The notes: generated by a model from the letters alone, not told the origin. DNA of 64,000 bases from an uncultured Gammaproteobacteria bacterium (GCA_964537315.1 CAZIAP010000001.1:314888-378887); one strand, 5' to 3'. Shown: positions 41,295 to 50,260, counted from the stretch's first letter. Program-made: numbers and translations.

Positions 41295-42799
41295 TGCTGC
41301 AGTTCAGTTAGCAAGAGTGGGTACTCCCCACTCGGTTTTTCAATTTTTTTTATGAGATTAAGTGGTAATTTTTCAGGAATTTCACTGTGTTCTTTAAGAA
41401 TGATTATGACCCTGCTACTTTCTTGTGCAGCAAGTATCTCGTCGTCTATAGAATCTAATGGCCACTTCGGTAGTATAGTAATTCTCGGATCATCCCAATA
41501 CTCTAACTGGAACGCGTATGGATATAGCCCAAATGTTCCCTGGGTAACAAGGGTTACGTGCTGTCCTTGAGAGATCTGATCATTTATGAAATTGTATGCC
41601 TGGTCCAGTCCATATCCTGATGGGTGAGTTCCGACCAATTGATCATAATCTGTTTGCGGCAGTGAGGCTTTTTCAGGAGAGGTCAGAAGATAGTAATCCA
41701 TGCGCAATAACGGAAATATTAATACAAGCACAGCAATGCCCACAACCCAAAATTTTTTACCTGCGTAAGTAAATGCTTGAAATATAATGTACCCAAGCGC
41801 GATCAGGAAATACGGAACTGTAAAAAGCATGTAGCGGGGAAATATTTCTCTACCGACTGTAGCCAATGCTATTATGGGAACGATCCATAACGCTACTAAT
41901 AAAACACCGATCCTAAAATGCCTGTATACTAAAGCAATAAAACCAATCAACCCAATTAATAAAATAGGCAAAGTATAGTATCCGTGAATCCAACTAATGA
42001 AACCCTGCATATTGCCGATTGTCAAAGCAAACGGATTTCTCAGCAGCTCTTCTACGGGTTGTTGAAACTGAGCATTTTTTATTCCTGCCATAAAATACAC
42101 ACTAGATACCCGCTGTAAATTGTTAATTATTTCGGCAACCACAACAGCCAATAACCCTAAACCCACAACTTTTTTCCAGTGTTTTTTAATTTTTTCAAAA
42201 GAAAACATAAGGTAACCTAATGGCAGGAGTCCCATAAATAAAATAGCTGTTGGCTTCGAAAGAAATGCTAGTCCAAGTGAAAAACCCCAAAGTAGAGCGT
42301 ATTTTACAGACAAAGTTTTTGCAGTCTTAATTGCAAAATAAGCAGAAGATAGTAAAGTTGCTTGAAGTAATGGATCAAATAAGGCCATTCTATCGTACAA
42401 AAGCGCAAATGGGAAAATAATATACAGAAGTGTCGTTACTATAGCTACTTTAACGTCTTCAAAAAGTAACTCTGTGAGTTTGAAAATTGCAACCACACTC
42501 ACTGCACCGGCAATGACAGCAGAAAGACGTCCTGCAATCAAATACCATCCATCAGGAAGAACTGTTAAAAAAAATGCAGTCATCCAGACAAGTAAAGGCG
42601 GCTTTCCATCAGTGAGCGAAATAAACCATTGAGAGTGTGTTGACTCAATAATTTTTGCCCAATATATGTAAATTGATTCATCAGTAAATATAGGAAGTAC
42701 TGTTAAGTTGACTAGACGGGTAGTACCATAAAATAATAATAGAAGAATCAGTATGGAATGGGACTTTGCAAACTTTCGCATTAATGTATTATACCTCAC
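41291..42799 (-). CDS. GT39/GT83-family (ArnT/PMT-like) glycosyltransferase
   Basis: LVNLTVLPIFTDESIYIYWAK; DE motif in the first periplasmic loop. 502 aa polytopic. Confidence 0.7.
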   Translation of the reverse strand: MRYNTLMRKFAKSHSILILLLLFYGTTRLVNLTVLPIFTDESIYIYWAKIIESTHSQWFISLTDGKPPLLVWMTAFFLTVLPDGWYLIAGRLSAVIAGAVSVVAIFKLTELLFEDVKVAIVTTLLYIIFPFALLYDRMALFDPLLQATLLSSAYFAIKTAKTLSVKYALLWGFSLGLAFLSKPTAILFMGLLPLGYLMFSFEKIKKHWKKVVGLGLLAVVVAEIINNLQRVSSVYFMAGIKNAQFQQPVEELLRNPFALTIGNMQGFISWIHGYYTLPILLIGLIGFIALVYRHFRIGVLLVALWIVPIIALATVGREIFPRYMLFTVPYFLIALGYIIFQAFTYAGKKFWVVGIAVLVLIFPLLRMDYYLLTSPEKASLPQTDYDQLVGTHPSGYGLDQAYNFINDQISQGQHVTLVTQGTFGLYPYAFQLEYWDDPRITILPKWPLDSIDDEILAAQESSRVIIILKEHSEIPEKLPLNLIKKIEKPSGEYPLLLTELQQ

Positions 42800-43958
42800 T
42801 TCGCTTTATGATTGGTCTTAAAAGATAGTATAAAAATATAATGCCTGAAATCGCTACCGCAATTATTAGTCCTGTACGGAGAATGGTAGGAATCGGTGCG
42901 TCCCAGTTTCCTATGTATAAATAAGGAACGTAATGTAATAAGGCAAATAGCGAAAGGATACCAAGTGGGACTGATATATATTTTTTATATGAGATCAGCG
43001 CACCAATAATAAACATAAATGACAAATACCATGGTTGAAAGTTACCGCTGTTTATAGAGGCTGCTACAACTGCAGCTGCCATACTGACAACTCCAATCAT
43101 TACTCCAGTTTCCCACTGCTTTGGACGAGCTAGCAAAAATAATGCCATAGGAGCTAAAAAACCCGAAGCATACTTAACACCAACAGAAAGCACGGCTAAA
43201 GGAAAGGCAAGTATTTTTTTACCAGCCACGAATAAATACATCGCTAGTACTGCCAGAAACATCATAACAATATCGTTATGTCCTGATACCAAAAACTCAA
43301 TTATCATCAATGGATTTAGAGCAAAAAAAGCAGCTGAAAATAACGCGTATTCTTTTTTCTTCATATAAACAATTTTATAAATTCCCCATGCAGTACCTAA
43401 GTAAGCAAATACTGCCAGTAACTTAAATAAGTAAAACGTAGGAAGAAAGTACTGCATGCCTATGTAGGAAAACGGTACAGTTATAGCAAGCCAGACAGGT
43501 CCGTATGGATATGTTCTATGAGTCCATTGCATAAATGAAAGCATTGGATCTCCGGTGAAGTCCAGTGCGCGAAACATATAAGGGTTTTTCTGGTACGCAG
43601 TGAAAATTTTTGCATCAAAAATATAGTTAAAGATATCGTGAGAAAATGCGTTATAAGAAAAAAGTAAAATACCGCAAACCGCAACTAATATATATTTGAA
43701 GTTCCTTGCCGAAATTTTCTTTGCGCGTATATGCTTTAGCGTTAGAAGATACAGCAAAGACAATACTAGCATTAAAATAATATACAGAGATGTAGATAAA
43801 GGTCGATTAAAGTATCCGATGTACTGAAATAATTTCTGTATATCTTGCCAAACCGATGCCTGAGTAAGTGTGAGACTAAGGCTAACCTGAGTAAATGAGT
43901 ATAAGGTTAGAACACCAGCTGCCAAAATCCAAAGAGGGAGAAGGAGTCGCTTAATCAT
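42789..43958 (-). CDS. polytopic membrane protein, GT87/DUF2029-like
   Basis: NAFSHDIFNYIFDAKIFTAYQKNPY resembles the DUF2029 loop. 389 aa with about 10 TM helices. Confidence 0.45.
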   Translation of the reverse strand: MIKRLLLPLWILAAGVLTLYSFTQVSLSLTLTQASVWQDIQKLFQYIGYFNRPLSTSLYIILMLVLSLLYLLTLKHIRAKKISARNFKYILVAVCGILLFSYNAFSHDIFNYIFDAKIFTAYQKNPYMFRALDFTGDPMLSFMQWTHRTYPYGPVWLAITVPFSYIGMQYFLPTFYLFKLLAVFAYLGTAWGIYKIVYMKKKEYALFSAAFFALNPLMIIEFLVSGHNDIVMMFLAVLAMYLFVAGKKILAFPLAVLSVGVKYASGFLAPMALFLLARPKQWETGVMIGVVSMAAAVVAASINSGNFQPWYLSFMFIIGALISYKKYISVPLGILSLFALLHYVPYLYIGNWDAPIPTILRTGLIIAVAISGIIFLYYLLRPIIKRSEV

Positions 43959-44021
43959 AGTTATAATAAGTTCATAGATTACAGATATATTAATTACTTA
44001 TTAACGGGTTAAAGAATTAAA

Positions 44022-44774
44022 TTAATTATAAATGCCCTTACTAATATTGTATCTGATTTTCAGCAGGTCCTTAACTCCGTTTATTGAATCGTTTATTGGG
44101 TTTACCCTCCTAGTTTCAACGTAAAGCCAGCGAACAGGGACTTCTTTGATAGAGTAATTTGCTTTTTTTGAAAGGTACAAAAGCTCTACATCAAAACCTG
44201 AGGTAACTGCAGACCCTTTTATCTCTTTAAATCCATTGTGTACTTTCTTTATTTTTGTGAATATGTCTTTAGCAGCTTTCTTTTTAAAAACTTTGAAACC
44301 ACACTGAGTATCTTCAATTTCAGGCAACCCCACTAATATTTTTCGAAGAAGTATAGCACTACGAGACATGATTTTTCTGGAAAGAGGTGCTCCTTTTCTT
44401 TCACTTCGCGAACCTATTACAATATCACTTCCTTCTTTTAGGTGATCAATCATTTTTTTAATCTCTTCAATCGGAGTAGCCTGATCCATATCAGTGAACA
44501 AAATATAATCACCTGATGCAGCAAGCATTCCGGCAGTTACTGCACCTGCTTTTCCGGTGTGATTATTTTCAATCAATTTAAATGGCTTGTTTGCGCTAGT
44601 AAACTTTTTAACAAATTCACGACTTCCGTCATTGGATCCGTCATCAACTACAATAACCTCATAAACATAAGATTGTTCATCCAGATATCTTTTAACCTTA
44701 TCTAGTGTTCCTTTCTGAAGATTGGCCATTTCGTTGTATGATGGGATCACTACCGATAAAGATATTTTTTGCAT
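44022..44774 (-). CDS. GT2 polyprenol-phosphate glycosyltransferase-like (Dpm1-like)
   Basis: LSVVIPSYNEMANLQKGTLDKVKRYLDEQSYVYEVIVVDDGSNDGSREFV. Confidence 0.7.
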   Translation of the reverse strand: MQKISLSVVIPSYNEMANLQKGTLDKVKRYLDEQSYVYEVIVVDDGSNDGSREFVKKFTSANKPFKLIENNHTGKAGAVTAGMLAASGDYILFTDMDQATPIEEIKKMIDHLKEGSDIVIGSRSERKGAPLSRKIMSRSAILLRKILVGLPEIEDTQCGFKVFKKKAAKDIFTKIKKVHNGFKEIKGSAVTSGFDVELLYLSKKANYSIKEVPVRWLYVETRRVNPINDSINGVKDLLKIRYNISKGIYN

Positions 44775-44853
44775 ATGACTGCTTTATTATACAAAATTCA
44801 TTAGAGGATTGAATATACTTATTGTTAGTAGAAGCTGTTCATGATAATTAGCT

Positions 44854-45831
44854 TTACTCACTGAGCAGGTTTGCAGATGCGTAGTGATCATTGACCGGTT
44901 CATAAAGCACTTTATTTTCGAAAAGAACTTTTTCAGCGCAATTTGTTATAGCTGACTGATCGATCCGTTTTATTAAATTAGACAGAACCTCACCCGGACC
45001 TACTTCAATAAATAAATCCGCTCCTTTTTCTCTGATATACTTTATACTCTCTGTCCACCTAACGCTTCCTGTCATTTGATTTGCGAGTGATCTTCTAATT
45101 TCTTCTGCTGTAAATACAAGGTCCGCGCTAACATTTGCAACTACATCAATATCTGATTCCATAAAATCTGTTTTATCTAATTCAGGTATCATCTTTTCTT
45201 TTGCTGGTTCCATAAGCACGCAGTGTGACGCAATACTTATAGGAAGTACAACTGCCTTTCCTTGTTTTTCTTTAACCCTTGATACCGCAAACAAAACATT
45301 TTCTGATTCTCCTGATATCACATGCTGCTCGGGCGAATTATAGTTTGCGATGCTCACCAAAGTCTCTTCGCAAATTTCTTGCACTTGCTCAACACTAAGT
45401 TTGAGGATTGCAGCCATTTTACCTGGATTTATTTCGCCTGCTTCTTCCATGTACTCCCCCCTTGCTTTTACTAAACGTAAAGCTTGTTCAAAACTGAGCT
45501 TATTTGCAGCTACCAACGCTGAATATTCCCCCATACTATGCCCTGCCACTATATCAGGGTAAACATCTTGATGATTCAACATCCTTAAAGCAGATATACT
45601 TGTTATAAGAAGTGCTGGCTGAGTGATACGAGTAAAGTTTAGTAACTTGTTAGGATCTTTAAAGCAAATTTCTGAGTAATCTACTTGCAGTAAATCACTC
45701 GCTTCTTCAAATGTTCTTTTAGCGATCTTTGAGAGTTGAGGGTCGGGGTGATTTACGAGGTTTTCACCCATACCAATTTTTTGGCTACCCTGTCCAGGAA
45801 ATACAAATGCTCGCAATCTCTCTTTCGACAT
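44854..45831 (-). CDS. fabD: malonyl-CoA:ACP transacylase
   Basis: AFVFPGQGSQKIGMG and the active-site serine motif GHSMGEYSALVAA. Confidence 0.85.
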   Translation of the reverse strand: MSKERLRAFVFPGQGSQKIGMGENLVNHPDPQLSKIAKRTFEEASDLLQVDYSEICFKDPNKLLNFTRITQPALLITSISALRMLNHQDVYPDIVAGHSMGEYSALVAANKLSFEQALRLVKARGEYMEEAGEINPGKMAAILKLSVEQVQEICEETLVSIANYNSPEQHVISGESENVLFAVSRVKEKQGKAVVLPISIASHCVLMEPAKEKMIPELDKTDFMESDIDVVANVSADLVFTAEEIRRSLANQMTGSVRWTESIKYIREKGADLFIEVGPGEVLSNLIKRIDQSAITNCAEKVLFENKVLYEPVNDHYASANLLSE

Positions 45832-45895
45832 ACCGTGTAGTTATCTGAATAATGTCAAAAATATTATAAAATGTCAAAGTATATATTTATAAATA

Positions 45896-46465
45896 ATGAA
45901 ATTGATACTAGGTTCCCAATCTATCGGACGAAGACAAGTGCTTGAAAAGGCTGGCTATAAATTTACTGTGATTCCAGCAGACATAGACGAAAAGAAAATC
46001 CGATCTGATGATTATAGAGAACTTCCTTTACTATTAGCTCAAGCAAAGGCAAAAATTTTAGTAGATCAAATAAAAGAAGATGCTTTACTGATTACATCAG
46101 ATCAAGTAGCAGTGTGTAATGAAGAACTAAGAGAAAAACCTGAAAATATTCAGCAAGCAAGAGAATATTTAGAAACCTCCAGCAAATTCCCTATTCATAC
46201 ATATACTGCTGTAGTCGTTACAAATCTAAAAACTAAAAAACAAGCAGAAGGACTTGATATCGTTACAGTAAACTTTCATCCAATTCCAGATAGTGTAATA
46301 GATAAGCTTCTTGATGAGGGTAAAGTACTAAATGCTGCTGGTGGAATAATTGTGGAACATCCCCTGATTAAACCGTATATAAAAAGTATTTCAGGTGATA
46401 TAGACAGCGTAACCGGACTCCCTCTAAAATTAACAGAAAAACTAATTAATTCAGTTAAATCTTAG
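45896..46465 (+). CDS. maf: Maf-family nucleoside triphosphate pyrophosphatase
   Basis: MKLILGSQSIGRRQVLEKAGYKFTVIPADIDEK is the canonical Maf N-terminus. Confidence 0.85.
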   Translation: MKLILGSQSIGRRQVLEKAGYKFTVIPADIDEKKIRSDDYRELPLLLAQAKAKILVDQIKEDALLITSDQVAVCNEELREKPENIQQAREYLETSSKFPIHTYTAVVVTNLKTKKQAEGLDIVTVNFHPIPDSVIDKLLDEGKVLNAAGGIIVEHPLIKPYIKSISGDIDSVTGLPLKLTEKLINSVKS

Positions 46466-46814
46466 GAGTAACTTTGCGTTTTTTTATTTTCTCAATTGTA
46501 TACTGTATGCGCTTATCTAAATCAATCTCTTTAATATGCGCAAAACGGATAATGGTTACTAAAATATCCCCGAGCTCCTGTTCGTATGTTTCGTCATTTT
46601 GAGCTGCAAGATTTGAACTTTTTCGACCATGTTTTGCCAGATATGCTCTGGCCATCTCACCAACTTCTTCTACTAATGATAGAATAAGTATTGATCCAAA
46701 CTCTTTTGAGTTTTTTAGATCACTGTCTACCTTATCTAACTGTTTGAAGTACTTACCAAAAGGCGAATCAAATTTTTTCTTATTTTGTTTTTCCATAATA
46801 ATTTCTCGACGCAA
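46455..46814 (-). CDS. MazG-like nucleotide pyrophosphohydrolase domain protein
   Basis: LSLVEEVGEMARAY and ELGDILVTIIRFAH match the EExGE/ELGD motifs of the MazG/all-alpha NTP-PPase family. Its 3' end overlaps maf by 11 nt, convergently. Confidence 0.75.
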   Translation of the reverse strand: MRREIIMEKQNKKKFDSPFGKYFKQLDKVDSDLKNSKEFGSILILSLVEEVGEMARAYLAKHGRKSSNLAAQNDETYEQELGDILVTIIRFAHIKEIDLDKRIQYTIEKIKKRKVTPKI

Positions 46815-47032
46815 ATATGCGGATTGAAACCATAAAACTGCTTAAATTTTAACGTAGAATGTGAATCGAATCAAAGACACGTATAAATAGGCAGGTGTCT
46901 TTATCTTTAGAGTTCAAAAATTCTCGAATATAAGCAGATGTATGATCACAATCTGCCGCGGAATATATGTATTATATGCTAACTTACGCGATTTGTCAAT
47001 ACTAGAGGATAATCCTCCAATTGGCGGAAAAT

Positions 47033-47083
47033 ACCAAGTATTCAGTATGAAGTATCAAATATCAGGTATTAAGCATTAAGTAG
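47033..47083. repeat. period-7 NNNAGTA tandem repeats (same heptad family as at 33133)
   Basis: accaagtattcagtatgaagtatcaaatatcaggtattaagcattaagta. Confidence 0.5.
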
Positions 47084-47119
47084 AGAGTCTGCAGATATCA
47101 AGCTATACTGTGTACCAAT

Positions 47120-47195
47120 ATGTCAAGAACCGATCTTGACATATATATACATTTAGAAGCTAGAAATCAATATGTGTCAAGAACCGATCTAGACA
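47120..47195. promoter_or_regulatory. two copies, about 50 bp apart, of a ~21-bp palindromic site: TGTCAAGAACCGATCTTGACA, then TGTCAAGAACCGATCTAGACA
   Basis: The first copy has perfect 8-bp inverted arms (TGTCAAGA/TCTTGACA); the second has one mismatch. Both lie in the 432-bp intergenic region upstream of the mazG-like gene. Confidence 0.35.
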
Positions 47196-47246
47196 CTTTT
47201 ACTTCAAACCGTAAACTGTTAGCGAAGAGCTACCAACTATGAACTC

Positions 47247-47906
47247 TTAACTATTAACTAAATATCCAACGATATCTCTTATTTCCTGCTCGGTAACTCC
47301 GTGTCCTGAATCGTATTCTTTGATAGTGCACTCTACACCAAGCCTTTCAAGCGTATCAACTACTTTTTTACTTTCTGAAGGTGAAATCATATGATCCTGA
47401 AGTCCGATACTCACAAATGCACGAGTGTCACTATATTTCTGATTGAATTCAGGCTCAAACGGAAGCATAGGATGTAATAGAACTAGATTTTTCATTAATT
47501 GTGGGTAGTAAAATAGCATCGCACAAAGCATATTTGCGCCATTTGAGTATCCTAAAAAAGTCAAATCTTCTGATGAAACTTTATGTTTTTCCATCCAAGA
47601 ACGTATAAATGTTCCTAACTTTCCTGCCTCTTCTTTAATATTCTCCTGATCAAAAACTCCGAATGATATTCTTCTGAAAAACCGATTCATCCCTTTTTCT
47701 TGAACATTTCCCCTCAAGCCTACTAGATTATATTTTTTGTCTAAAAACTCATCTAAAAATAATAAGTCATGCTCATCTCCGCCAGTTCCATGAAGTAAAA
47801 ATAGCGTTTTTTTCGCTCCATTATCTATTTGTGAGTATTTAAAGGTTCCTAAACTTTCTTCCATAGTAAAATTAATCTGATGAAATCTTAGGCAAATTAG
47901 CCTCAA
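47247..47906 (-). CDS. alpha/beta hydrolase, phospholipase/carboxylesterase family (MhqD-like)
   Basis: LFLLHGTGGDEHDLL and GYSNGANM (nucleophile elbow G-x-S-x-G). 219 aa. Confidence 0.75.
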   Translation of the reverse strand: MRLICLRFHQINFTMEESLGTFKYSQIDNGAKKTLFLLHGTGGDEHDLLFLDEFLDKKYNLVGLRGNVQEKGMNRFFRRISFGVFDQENIKEEAGKLGTFIRSWMEKHKVSSEDLTFLGYSNGANMLCAMLFYYPQLMKNLVLLHPMLPFEPEFNQKYSDTRAFVSIGLQDHMISPSESKKVVDTLERLGVECTIKEYDSGHGVTEQEIRDIVGYLVNS

Positions 47907-48813
47907 TCATCTCCCGTTCCGGTTCAAGAAACGGAGGTAGTGCAAGCTTTTTACCAAGATCTCCTTCTTTTTCATCTGCTGTAAAGCCAGGTCCATCAGT
48001 CGCGATTTCAAACAGAATTCCAGCAGGAGTTCTAAAATACACTGATTTAAAATAGAAGCGATCTATTACTTCGGTTGGGTACAACCCGAGGCTAGCAACT
48101 TTATCTCGCATTTTTTGTTGTTCTTCTTCATCACGAGCCCGAAAAGCTATATGGTGTACAGTTCCAGCTGCGTTATATCCCACCTCTTCGGAAGGTAGCT
48201 CGTGCACTTCCAAAAAATTAGCTCGCTTTGAGCCCGGTACGGCAAAAAGATGAATGTGATCATCTACATCCACTTTTTCATAGTTAAAAACGTGGTTCAG
48301 AATTGGCTCGACTGTGGCAAAACTTATTACTGACAAAGAAGCAGAGTAAAAGCTGCGAACTGCATTTTCTTTTGTTACCTCATCAGTAACCCACACATCA
48401 GAATCTTTGTCTAATTCCATCTTGGGTACTCCTACCAGCTCTAATTGCTGATCATCATTATCGTAAAAGAGGATTCTTTTTCTACCGAATCTTTCGATAA
48501 TCTGTTCATGTTTTACAGACAAAGATTCAAATCTTGCTTTCCAAAACTCCAGTGAATCTTCTGGAACTGTCAATGAAATATTTGTAACTAATCCATTACC
48601 TCGCCTACCCTGAACTGATGGCTGAAAAATGAAAAATGTGAGATCCATGCCTGGATGTCCTAGCTTGTCTCCAAAAAAAAGATGATAAGTTTCTACGTCA
48701 TCTTGATTTACAGTTTTTTTCACAAGTCGTAAGCCAACAGTTTTAGTATAAAAATCTATATTTTCCTGTGCGTTTGAAGCAATTGCAGTAATATGATGGA
48801 TCCCACTAGTCAT
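47872..48813 (-). CDS. VOC/glyoxalase-family ring-cleaving dioxygenase (MhqA/E/O-like)
   Basis: GIHHITAIASNAQENIDFYTKTVGLRLVKKTVNQDDVETYHLFFGD matches the conserved N-terminus of the Bacillus Mhq dioxygenases. Two-domain 313-aa length. Confidence 0.7.
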   Translation of the reverse strand: MTSGIHHITAIASNAQENIDFYTKTVGLRLVKKTVNQDDVETYHLFFGDKLGHPGMDLTFFIFQPSVQGRRGNGLVTNISLTVPEDSLEFWKARFESLSVKHEQIIERFGRKRILFYDNDDQQLELVGVPKMELDKDSDVWVTDEVTKENAVRSFYSASLSVISFATVEPILNHVFNYEKVDVDDHIHLFAVPGSKRANFLEVHELPSEEVGYNAAGTVHHIAFRARDEEEQQKMRDKVASLGLYPTEVIDRFYFKSVYFRTPAGILFEIATDGPGFTADEKEGDLGKKLALPPFLEPEREMIEANLPKISSD

Positions 48814-48869
48814 GTAGACATTCTACCACGAAATTATCACTTCTCATGATATAAAGATGTAAGATTATT

Positions 48870-49007
48870 GTTCAAGTCATGTTGACCGAACAGAATATCG
48901 TTATCAAAGGTTGAACCTTTATTAGTAATTTTTCATGCCTAGTCAAGGTTGATCCTTTATAAGTGATTTCTCGTGCTTAACAGAGGTTCAACCTTTGATA
49001 TAAACCC
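48870..49007. repeat. 3-4 tandem ~37-38-bp units, each carrying a palindromic core (AAAGGTTGAACCTTT, AAGGTTGATCCTT, AGAGGTTCAACCTTTGA), upstream of the dioxygenase start
   Basis: atcaaaggttgaacctttattagtaatttttcatgcct / agtcaaggttgatcctttataagtgatttctcgtgctt / aacagaggttcaacctttgatataaaccc. The first core is a perfect 15-bp palindrome. Confidence 0.6.
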
Positions 49008-49010
49008 TTG

Positions 49011-49934
49011 TTATTTTTTTGTTATTTTATTGACTTCGTATCCAAATGTCCAAGTTGCTTCAGGTGAGTATTCCTGAAAAACACTTACCAACTCAAGCCA
49101 AGGATGCTTAGGGTAAAACTCGTGTTCTGGATCACTATGTTCAGGTCTCCAGGGAGTAGATCTTTTCTCAATTCGCAGCAATGAACCTGATGTATTAATT
49201 TTTTGATATTGAATCATCGGATTTTCCTCACTCCAAAAACGGACAAGTCCTGAAGACGGCGGATTATAGTGGTAAAAATCGCCGGTAATATAATTACCAT
49301 CCTGAGGTGTATCAAAATCATTTAAGATATCCATAACCTGACCATCACTTTCAAGATATCTCAGGTGAGTTTTTAGTCCAAAAAAATTACCTAAAGAAAC
49401 TGATTCTATACTAGATGAGTCTTCGTGTTGTTTAACTCTAAAAGAAATCTCAGGAGAGTCTTTTGCTATATTGGCAATCACAGAAAAATGAGAACCATTT
49501 CCTTCAAAGGGATAATCTCCTACTTGGACTGTACCGTTAAACCGATCATACTCGATTTCTATTTGTTGCTCACCCTGGCTGTTAGATGAAAATTTTATAT
49601 TAGTACCTAGACTAAACATTTCTGCATTATTCATCCGGCCATTTGCTACAACCTCAGGTACTATATTGTTATATAATTCCCACTCCCCATTATCTTCATT
49701 AAAATATTTTAAATCGATGATACCCGGTAGAAATTTTGACATCTCAATCCCGATATGTTCGTTATGGAAAAAATACTTTTCAGATACTTCTCTTTCCAGT
49801 AAGTTTGAAGGCAATGCGAGACCTGCCGCGGTAAGACCGGCATATTTTAGTAAATCTCTTCTTGAAATTCTTCGTTCTAATGACATAAAAACAAGCAATT
49901 TGACTACGTAGTATAGCGAGAATATGTTGAACAT
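49011..49934 (-). CDS. secreted protein of unknown function with twin-arginine (Tat) signal peptide
   Basis: MSLERRISRRDLLKYAGLTAAGLALP is a Tat signal (S-R-R-x-L-L-K followed by a hydrophobic stretch). The true start is probably the internal Met (ORF-track codon 17). Confidence 0.55.
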   Translation of the reverse strand: MFNIFSLYYVVKLLVFMSLERRISRRDLLKYAGLTAAGLALPSNLLEREVSEKYFFHNEHIGIEMSKFLPGIIDLKYFNEDNGEWELYNNIVPEVVANGRMNNAEMFSLGTNIKFSSNSQGEQQIEIEYDRFNGTVQVGDYPFEGNGSHFSVIANIAKDSPEISFRVKQHEDSSSIESVSLGNFFGLKTHLRYLESDGQVMDILNDFDTPQDGNYITGDFYHYNPPSSGLVRFWSEENPMIQYQKINTSGSLLRIEKRSTPWRPEHSDPEHEFYPKHPWLELVSVFQEYSPEATWTFGYEVNKITKK

Positions 49935-50097
49935 TCAAGGCAACTAGTCGTAAGTGGGGGATTAACCAATTAAAGTCTTTTTAAATAAGAGTAATTACAG
50001 GCAAGATGGGGTAATTGAAAAAATTATAATAGTTACAGAAATAGCAGTTCAATGCATAATAATATCAATAAATGCTAATACTGATGATTGAAAAAAA

Positions 50098-50208
50098 GAC
50101 GGTGACAAGAGGGAAATTACTCTGAACATTTAGTCAAATTGTTTGAATACTTTATTCAAAAATTGAACCAAACGCCAGAATTGTTGTAATTACCCTCACT
50201 TCACCGTC
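50098..50208. other. ~110-bp element bounded by 23-nt imperfect inverted repeats (GACGGTGACAAGAGGGAAATTAC ... GTAATTACCCTCACTTCACCGTC) with an internal 7-bp hairpin
   Basis: Arms match at about 18 of 23 positions. Internal TTGAATActtTATTCAA hairpin. Intergenic, with no ORF. Confidence 0.4.
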
Positions 50209-50260
50209 TATATCCTCCTTTAACCAAAAGTAAGGTAAGCAAAAATCAGGTAATTGTTAA

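Noticed and set aside
48870-49007. Possible CRISPR mini-array (tandem ~37-bp units)
   Set aside because: The units are degenerate, not identical. Spacer segments are too short and similar to each other. No cas genes or leader are nearby. An operator array or regulatory repeat is a better explanation.
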